NCBI GenBank assembly: GCA_027593235.1
Contig: JAQCIU010000004.1
Span: forward strand, 64,001 to 128,000
DNA length: 64,000 bases
Origin: Chloroflexota bacterium
GTDB lineage: Bacteria; Chloroflexota; Dehalococcoidia; UBA2979
Direction of reading: 5' to 3'
Shown here: positions 57,545 through 64,000 of the stretch, piece by piece
How the letters are laid out: every line of letters starts with the position of its first letter
Numbering within the stretch: the stretch's first letter is position 1
Notes under the pieces: generated by a model
The model's database searches: none
What the model was told of the DNA's origin: nothing
What the model saw: only the letters and a program-made list of their open reading frames with translations
Made by a program: the position numbers and the translations under genes

Positions 57545-58795
57545 ATGACCGAGAAGATCGTGCTCGCCTACTCCGGCGGGCTGGACACGTCCGTTGCCTG
57601 CAAGTGGCTCCAGGAGACCTACGGCTACGAGGTGCACTGCCTCACGGTCGACCTTGGCAACCTGCCCGACATCGAGGGCGCGCGTTTGCGCGGCGAGCAG
57701 GCCGGCGCCGCGAGCGTCGAGCTGGTCGACGCGAAGGAGGACTTCCTCAACTACTTCGTGTTCCCGGCGCTGCAGGCGAACGCGCTCTACCAGGGCGAGT
57801 ACCCGCTCGCGACCGCCCTCGGACGGCCGTTGATCGCGAAGCTGCTGGTCGACAAGGCGCGCGCGATCGGCGCAACGGCGGTGGCGCACGGCTGCACCGG
57901 CAAGGGGAACGACCAGGTCCGCCTCGATATCGCGATCGGCACGCTGGCGGCCGACCTCAAGATCATTGGCACCGCGCGCGAGAACGAGATGAGCCGCGAC
58001 GCGGCGCTCGCCTACGCCGCCAAGCACGGCATCACCGTCCGCCAGACCACCGAGGCGCCCTACTCCACCGACGAGAACCTCTGGGGTCGCTCGGTGGAGT
58101 GCGGTGAGCTCGAGGACCCGTGGGCCGAGCCGCCCGCCGACGTCTGGTTCTGGACGCGCAACATCGATGACACGCCGGCTGAGCCCGCCGTGATCGAGAT
58201 CGCTTTCGAGCAGGGCATCCCCGTCTCGCTCGACGGAGAGCGCCTCGACCCCGTCTCGCTCGTCCAGCGTCTCTCCAACCTCGGCGCCGAGCACGGCGTC
58301 GGGCGCATCGACATGGTCGAGGACCGCGTCGTCGGCATTAAGTCGCGCGAGGTCTACGAGGCACCGGCGGCGGTGATCCTGATCGCCGCGCACAAGCAGC
58401 TTGAGCAGCTCACGCTCTCGAAGGCCCAGCACCGGATGAAGGCGCGCGTCGCCGACGAGTACGCCGACCTGGTGTACGGCGGCCACTGGTTCAGCGCGCA
58501 CCACCGCGACCTCGCGGCGTACGTGCAGTCCTCGCAGCAGGACGTGACTGGCGAGGTGCGCATCCAGCTCCACCGTGGCAACGTCCGCACGCTCGGCAAG
58601 CAGGCCGCACGCAGCCTCTACAGCAAGGAACTCGCCACCTACGGCGACGACGACCTGTTCGACCAGAAGGCCGCGCAGGGCTTCATCAAGCTGCACGGCC
58701 TCGCGGTACAGGTGCAGGCGCACCGCCAGCTTCTGCAGGACAAGCGCGACCCGCTGCACCTCGCCGCTCCGCCCCGCGATAGCAGCGACCGCTAG
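57545..58795 (+). CDS. argG: Argininosuccinate synthase
   Basis: LAYSGGLDTS, HGCTGKGNDQVR and KSREVYE motifs. Confidence 0.97.
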   Translation: MTEKIVLAYSGGLDTSVACKWLQETYGYEVHCLTVDLGNLPDIEGARLRGEQAGAASVELVDAKEDFLNYFVFPALQANALYQGEYPLATALGRPLIAKLLVDKARAIGATAVAHGCTGKGNDQVRLDIAIGTLAADLKIIGTARENEMSRDAALAYAAKHGITVRQTTEAPYSTDENLWGRSVECGELEDPWAEPPADVWFWTRNIDDTPAEPAVIEIAFEQGIPVSLDGERLDPVSLVQRLSNLGAEHGVGRIDMVEDRVVGIKSREVYEAPAAVILIAAHKQLEQLTLSKAQHRMKARVADEYADLVYGGHWFSAHHRDLAAYVQSSQQDVTGEVRIQLHRGNVRTLGKQAARSLYSKELATYGDDDLFDQKAAQGFIKLHGLAVQVQAHRQLLQDKRDPLHLAAPPRDSSDR

Positions 58796-58811
58796 CCACG
58801 TGGGCGGGCCG

Positions 58812-59663
58812 ATGCGGCGCATCGTGCTCGCCGACAACCTCGAGGTCTTGCGGTCGCTTCCGGACGCGTCGATCGATCTGATCTACCTCGATCCGCCCTT
58901 CAACACCGGGCGCACACAGCGCCGCACCACGGTGCGCGCGGAACGCGTCGAGGATGGCGGGGCGCCCGGCGATCGCACCGGCTTCGGTGGTCACCGTTAC
59001 CGCACCACCGAACTTGGTTCACAAGCCTTCAACGACGCTTTCGACGACTTCCTCGGATTCCTCGAACCGCGGCTCGTCGAGTGTCACCGCGTGCTGGCGG
59101 CGAACGGGTCGCTCTTCCTGCACCTCGATCCTCGCGAGTCGCACTACGCGAAGGTGCTGCTGGACGGGCTCTTCGGCCGGGACAGCTTCATGAACGAGAT
59201 CGTCTGGGCGTACGACTACGGCGGGCGGTCGAAACGACGCTGGCCCGCGAAGCATGACGTGATCCTCTGGTACGCGAAGGACCCTGCGAACTACACGTTC
59301 AACTACGACGCGATCGACCGCATCCCGTACATGGCTCCGAAGCTGGTGACCGAGGAGAAGGCCGCGCGCGGCAAGGTACCGACGGACGTGTGGTGGCAGA
59401 CGATCGTCCCCACCTCCGGCGCGGAGCGCACCGGCTATCCCACGCAGAAGCCGCTGGCGGTCCTCAATCGCATCGTTCGAGTGCACTCCAATCCCGGCGG
59501 TCTGGTCGCGGACTTTTTCGCCGGATCCGGCACCACGGGCGAGGCCGCCGCCCGCAACGATCGAGGGTTCCTGCTGGTCGACGAGCATGCCGAGGCGATC
59601 GAGGTGATGCGGACGCGCCTCGCGGCCTGGGAACCTGACATCGAGCGCCCTTTCCGACCCTGA
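58812..59663 (+). CDS. Orphan N6A/N4C DNA methyltransferase (beta class)
   Basis: DPPF (motif IV) precedes YPTQKP and DFFAGSGTT (motif I). Confidence 0.9.
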   Translation: MRRIVLADNLEVLRSLPDASIDLIYLDPPFNTGRTQRRTTVRAERVEDGGAPGDRTGFGGHRYRTTELGSQAFNDAFDDFLGFLEPRLVECHRVLAANGSLFLHLDPRESHYAKVLLDGLFGRDSFMNEIVWAYDYGGRSKRRWPAKHDVILWYAKDPANYTFNYDAIDRIPYMAPKLVTEEKAARGKVPTDVWWQTIVPTSGAERTGYPTQKPLAVLNRIVRVHSNPGGLVADFFAGSGTTGEAAARNDRGFLLVDEHAEAIEVMRTRLAAWEPDIERPFRP

Positions 59664-59700
59664 AGACGACGCAACGGGCTAAACCACCCGATCATCAAGC

Positions 59701-60498
59701 ATGTCGATCGACAATGACTGGTACGACGACCTGGGTGATCGATGGTGGGATCGGCGTGGGCCGGTTGCGGCGCTGCACGATTTCAACGTCGCGCGAACCG
59801 GCTACGCCGTCGGCGTGATCCGCGGGCGCCTGGCAGACCTCGAGCGGCCGCGCGTGCTCGATGTCGGCGCTGGTGGCGGTCTCTTCAGCACCAGCCTCGC
59901 CGCCGCCGGGTTCGAGGTCGTGGGCATCGATGCCTCGCGGCCCTCGCTGTGCGCGGCACGGCGGCACGCCGCCGGAACTCCCGAGGGCTGCGCGCCCTCG
60001 TACGTCGCGGGCAACGCGATGTTGCTGCCGTTCCGCGATGCGACCTTCGACGTCGCGGTCTGCTCCGAGGTGCTGGAGCACGTCGCCTCCCCGGAACAAT
60101 TGATCGAAGAGGTCGCGCGGGTGCTCCGTCCCGGCGGCATCTTCTGTTTCGATACGCCGAATCGCACCTGGCTGGCGCGGATCGGCCTGATCGCGATCGC
60201 CGAAAACATCGGCTGGGCGCCACGCGGGACCCATGATCTCGATCGGTTCCTCACCCCGGAAGAGATCCGCGAGTACGCCACCACGGCCGGGCTCCGCATC
60301 CGGGATCTGCGTGGATTTACGCTTCGGAAGCAGGCGCTAGGCGCGATGGTCGGCTATCTCCGTCGTCGCGACATCGGAGGCTTCCGGCTCACGGATGACC
60401 TCCGGTTCGTCATGACCGGCTACGCGGAGAAACCGCGCCCCCCGGAACTCGCCGTCGTCGGCGCAGCGCCGATAGCCGCCGCCGAGGACGCGCGCTAG
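59701..60498 (+). CDS. UbiG-like O-methyltransferase
   Basis: WWD..G...LH..N..R, LDVGAGGG, EVLEHV, TPNRT and GTHD..F..P motifs. Confidence 0.8.
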   Translation: MSIDNDWYDDLGDRWWDRRGPVAALHDFNVARTGYAVGVIRGRLADLERPRVLDVGAGGGLFSTSLAAAGFEVVGIDASRPSLCAARRHAAGTPEGCAPSYVAGNAMLLPFRDATFDVAVCSEVLEHVASPEQLIEEVARVLRPGGIFCFDTPNRTWLARIGLIAIAENIGWAPRGTHDLDRFLTPEEIREYATTAGLRIRDLRGFTLRKQALGAMVGYLRRRDIGGFRLTDDLRFVMTGYAEKPRPPELAVVGAAPIAAAEDAR

Positions 60499-60520
60499 CC
60501 TCCCTGCGCGGGAGGGCGAG

Positions 60521-61957
60521 ATGACGAACGAACCGGGTCAGGCGAATGAACCGCCGATCAAGCTCTGGGGCGGACGCTTCAGCGGCGACACAAACGCGCT
60601 GGTCGACGCCTTCAACGCTTCGATTGATTTCGACCGCCGCCTCTACCGCGAGGACATCGCCGGCTCGATCGCCCACGCCCGAATGCTCGCCAGCCGCGAG
60701 ATCATCTCGATCGACGACCGCGATGCGATCGTTGCCGGGCTGGAGGAAATCCGCGACGAGATCGACGCGGACGAGTTCGAGTTCCGGATCGATCGCGAGG
60801 ACATCCACCTCAACATCGAGGCGGCGCTGATCGAGCGGATCGGCGATGCCGGCCGTCGTCTGCACACCGGTCGTTCGAGGAATGACCAGGTCGCCACGGA
60901 TACACGCCTGTTCGCGCGTGCCGCCTGCGATCAGATCCTGATCGAGCTGCGCCAGATCCGGGAGTCGCTGCTTGACCTCGCCGATCGCGAGGCGGAGACG
61001 GTGATTCCGGGCTACACGCACCTGCAACGGGCGCAGCCGATCCTACTCGCCCATCACCTGCTGGCCTACGAGGCGATGTTCACCCGCGACAGCGAGCGCT
61101 TCGCACAGGCGCGGGTGCGCGTGAACGTCTCGCCGCTGGGCGCGGGCGCCCTCGCAGGTGTGACCTACCCGATCGACCGTGAGATGACCGCGCGCGAACT
61201 TGGCTTTGACGCGATCACCTCGAACAGCCTTGATGCCGTCTCAGATCGCGACTTCGTGGTCGATGTGCACTCCGCCGCGTCGCTGGCAATGGTCCATCTC
61301 TCGCGGCTCTCCGAAGAGCTGATCCTCTGGGTCTCGGCCGAGTTCCGCTTCGCGAAGCTGGACGACGCCTTCGCGACCGGGTCGAGCATCATGCCGCAGA
61401 AGAAGAACGCGGACGTCGCCGAACTGACGCGCGGCAAGAGCGCGCGCGTGATCGGCAACCTGATGCAGTCGCTCGCCCTGCTGAAGAGCCAGCCACTGGC
61501 CTACAACAAGGACAACCAGGAGGACAAAGAGCCGCTCTTCGACACCGTCGATACGATGCTGATCTGCCTGCGGGTGATGAGCGCGATGCTGCCGACGATG
61601 ACCTTCAACGCGCGCGACACGGCCGAGGCGGCCGTTGCCGACTTCGCGCTCGCGACCGACTACGCCGACTACCTAGCGAAGCATGGCGTCCCGTTCCGCG
61701 ACGCTCACGAGGCGATCGGCGCCCTGGTCGCACGCTGCGAACGCGAAGGCCGCACGTTCGATGAACTCAGCCTGGAGGAGCTCCAGCAGGTGCACCCGGC
61801 GTTCGAGGCTGACGCGCTCGACATCAACCTCACGAGCGCCCTGGCAGCGCGCGATGTTCCCGGTGGCACCGCGCCCGTGGCAGTCGCCAGTGCGCGCGCA
61901 GCCGCGCGCACCCGGCTCGAGGCCGAGCAGGCTGGTGCGCCGGGAGCCTGGGTGTGA
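60521..61957 (+). CDS. argH: Argininosuccinate lyase
   Basis: LWGGRF, HTGRSRNDQ and GSSIMPQKKN motifs. Confidence 0.97.
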   Translation: MTNEPGQANEPPIKLWGGRFSGDTNALVDAFNASIDFDRRLYREDIAGSIAHARMLASREIISIDDRDAIVAGLEEIRDEIDADEFEFRIDREDIHLNIEAALIERIGDAGRRLHTGRSRNDQVATDTRLFARAACDQILIELRQIRESLLDLADREAETVIPGYTHLQRAQPILLAHHLLAYEAMFTRDSERFAQARVRVNVSPLGAGALAGVTYPIDREMTARELGFDAITSNSLDAVSDRDFVVDVHSAASLAMVHLSRLSEELILWVSAEFRFAKLDDAFATGSSIMPQKKNADVAELTRGKSARVIGNLMQSLALLKSQPLAYNKDNQEDKEPLFDTVDTMLICLRVMSAMLPTMTFNARDTAEAAVADFALATDYADYLAKHGVPFRDAHEAIGALVARCEREGRTFDELSLEELQQVHPAFEADALDINLTSALAARDVPGGTAPVAVASARAAARTRLEAEQAGAPGAWV

Positions 61958-62631
61958 GCCGCACGATCCGAATCGCCCCCTCGATCCTGACAGCCGACTT
62001 CGGCCACCTCGCGGATCAGGTCCGCGCGGCCGAGGCGGCGGGCGTCGATCTGATGCACCTCGATGTCATGGACGGGCACTTCGTCCCGCCACTCAGTTTC
62101 GGCACGGAGGTCGTCGCCGCCGTACGTGCCGCGACCGCGCTCCCGATCGAGGTGCACCTGATGGTCGAACGCCCCGGCGAGCACTTCGAGGGATTCGCGC
62201 AGGCCGGTGCCGCCACGCAGATCTTCCACTACGAGGCGGCGGGTTCGCTCGAGGCCTCGCACGCCCTCATCGAGCAGCTCCGGACGCTCGGCTGCACGCC
62301 AGCGCTAGCAGTGAACCCCGAGACTGCCCTCGAGGAGTTCGAGGCGCTGATCCCGGAGCTGGCCCAGGTGACGGTGATGACGATTCGTCCCGGCTGGGGC
62401 GGTCAGAGCCTGCGCGAGGATCTGCTGACCAAGGTCACGGCGGTCCGCGCCGCGGCGGACGCTGCGGGCCTCGAACGCTTCGTCGTCGAGATCGACGGAG
62501 GGGTGAAGGCGCACAACATCGCGCAGTGCGTGCACGCCGGGGCGGATCTGCTGGTTGCCGGATCCGCCGTGTTCAACGACCGGCAAACGCCAGCGGAAGC
62601 GGCCGCCGAGCTGCGGGCGGCCCTCGCCTAG
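61954..62631 (+). CDS. rpe: Ribulose-phosphate 3-epimerase
   Basis: APSIL, HLDVMDGHFVP, IDGG and VAGSA motifs. Confidence 0.95.
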   Translation: MSRTIRIAPSILTADFGHLADQVRAAEAAGVDLMHLDVMDGHFVPPLSFGTEVVAAVRAATALPIEVHLMVERPGEHFEGFAQAGAATQIFHYEAAGSLEASHALIEQLRTLGCTPALAVNPETALEEFEALIPELAQVTVMTIRPGWGGQSLREDLLTKVTAVRAAADAAGLERFVVEIDGGVKAHNIAQCVHAGADLLVAGSAVFNDRQTPAEAAAELRAALA

Positions 62632-62641
62632 CGCCGGTGGG

Positions 62642-63016
62642 CTAGATCCAGGCATCCTCGGCGGTCAGTTCGCTCCGCGTCTCGTCGCCGGTATTCACGG
62701 TCCCCGCTGGTTCCAGCATCACGAACTCGCACTCCTCGGCGGCGAGCGGGGCATGCTCAACCCCGCGCGGAACCACGAAGAACTCGCCGGCCGCGATCGC
62801 TGCGTCATCGCGGTCGCGCATCCGGATCGTGAGCGAACCGTGGATCACGAGGAAGAACTCGTCGGTTTCCTCGTGGACGTGCCAGGGGAAGTCGCCCTGC
62901 CCCTTCGCTATCTTCAGATGCAGGTCATTGACCTGACCGACGATCCGCGGCGACCAGTGCTCCCTGATGAGCGCGAGCTTCCGGTCCAGATTCACGACCC
63001 TGTCCGGCGCGGCCAT
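62642..63016 (-). CDS. Cupin domain protein
   Basis: W.P, F.WH.H.ETDE.F, VPRGVEH.P and NTG motifs. Confidence 0.88.
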   Translation of the reverse strand: MAAPDRVVNLDRKLALIREHWSPRIVGQVNDLHLKIAKGQGDFPWHVHEETDEFFLVIHGSLTIRMRDRDDAAIAAGEFFVVPRGVEHAPLAAEECEFVMLEPAGTVNTGDETRSELTAEDAWI

Positions 63017-63035
63017 CTTGCCTCCTGGGGTACGA

Positions 63036-63062
63036 AAAACGCCCGGTGCTACCGGGCGTTTT
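63036..63062 (-). terminator. Intrinsic terminator of rpmB
   Basis: AAAACGCCCGGT-gct-ACCGGGCGTTTT. Confidence 0.85.
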
Positions 63063-63086
63063 GGGTTCGGTCTGCGAGCGTACCGC

Positions 63087-63317
63087 CTAGTACGGAACGC
63101 CCTTTTCCTGCATGTGCTTCATCTCGGTGCGCAGGTACCGCGCGTCCACTCTGACGCGCTGCCACTTGCCGTCCACGAACATGCGCTTCACCTGGACGTT
63201 CGGCTTGAACTGCCGGCTCGTCTTCGGGGCTTTGCGCGCCCAGGCACCGGAGTGCTTGTGGCGGATCTGCCGTCCAAAGGCGGTCTGCTTCTTCCCGAGG
63301 CGCGGGAGTCCGGACAT
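63087..63317 (-). CDS. rpmB: 50S ribosomal protein bL28 (cysteine-free)
   Basis: Basic 76 aa; G...FG....H and T.R.FKPNVQ motifs. Confidence 0.88.
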   Translation of the reverse strand: MSGLPRLGKKQTAFGRQIRHKHSGAWARKAPKTSRQFKPNVQVKRMFVDGKWQRVRVDARYLRTEMKHMQEKGVPY

Positions 63318-63435
63318 CGTCTGCTCCAGGTTGTTGTGGGCTCCGCGCGTTGCGGGCGTCCGAAAAGCCTAGCAATGACCGGCCTCCGAGTCCATGCGGG
63401 AACCTCGAGGGGCCGGCACCGGTAGTATCAGCCCC

Positions 63436-64000
63436 ATGGCCCTCGAAACACCACTCGCGACCGTGATGCTCGCTTCAGACCCGCAGTTCGGGATGTATCG
63501 CGCGCAGCTCGACACCGCGATCCGGCGTAGGGACCGCCTCGCCGAGAGTGGGCAAAGCGACCCGATCTTCGATGACCTGCCCGATATCACCTTCGAACGC
63601 GAAACGCTGCTGGCGCGCGAAACGATCGAGGCCGCGAACCGGCTCAAGCCCGACGCGCTCATTGTCTGCGGCGACATGGTGAACGACTGCGACAGCGACG
63701 AACAGCGGGACCTCGCGCTCGGGATGGCCGATGCGCTCGACCCCGCGATCGAGTTGGTCTGGGTCACCGGAAATCACGATGTCGCGCAAAACGCCTACGA
63801 CCCGACGGAGGACGCACTCCGCCGCTATCGAGCGACGTTCGGCGACGATCGCTACGCACGGTCGATCGAGGGCGTTCGCCTGATCGTCCTGAACAGCACG
63901 GCGATTCACAGCGACGCGCTGCCGGACGAGCGCGCGTCCAACCTCGCGTTCCTCGAAACCGAGCTGGTCGCCGCTCGCGCGAGCGGCGAGTATCCGGTCG
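63436..64000 (+). CDS. Calcineurin-like metallophosphoesterase (CPPED1-like), truncated by the window end
   Basis: SDPQFG, CGDMVN, GNHD and LNS motifs; absent from the ORF track because there is no stop in the window. Confidence 0.85.
   Translation, partial: MALETPLATVMLASDPQFGMYRAQLDTAIRRRDRLAESGQSDPIFDDLPDITFERETLLARETIEAANRLKPDALIVCGDMVNDCDSDEQRDLALGMADALDPAIELVWVTGNHDVAQNAYDPTEDALRRYRATFGDDRYARSIEGVRLIVLNSTAIHSDALPDERASNLAFLETELVAARASGEYPV

Noticed and set aside
58812-59663. Restriction-modification system or mobile island
   Set aside because: No endonuclease, integrase, transposase or flanking repeats seen.
63318-63435. Zur box upstream of the Cys-free rpmB
   Set aside because: Only a GTATCA half-site, which coincides with the -10 of the divergent phosphoesterase gene.

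Overview
High-GC bacterial chromosomal window with about 70 CDS and no rRNA, tRNA, CRISPR array or recognisable mobile element. Gene content suggests Chloroflexota, probably Dehalococcoidia/Tepidiformales-like (inferred from the L28 HSGxW insert, the LuxR-TM regulator type and UPF0182 in the arg cluster). Main blocks: a histone-H1-like gene; a complete SUF Fe-S operon (sufR-C-B-D-Rieske fdx-S-U-T); a phaJ/phaB-like pair; a Zur-znuACB locus running into hotdog-fold genes; an ECF sigma/anti-sigma pair; a second Fe-S locus (sufR-like/iscA divergent from iscS, then a solo nuoB); sodN-sodX; a CIRCE-controlled groEL; selD-lipoprotein-MFS-amidase; and an argJB-UPF0182-argDG-MTase-ubiG-argH-rpe cluster. 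Most notable observations: (1) a LuxR-HTH/TM/extracellular protein next to an HTH-less paralogue, together carrying four copies of a WGCF-ending domain I do not recognise; (2) a membrane-anchored Rieske-fold protein lacking all four cluster ligands; (3) a UGA-recoded selenoprotein SelD with a SECIS-like hairpin, truncated by the ORF track; (4) an LprG/P55-like lipoprotein-MFS pair coupled to selD; (5) probable CTG starts, leaderless mRNAs, several candidate operators and degraded genes. All family calls come from motif recognition by eye; no searches were run.
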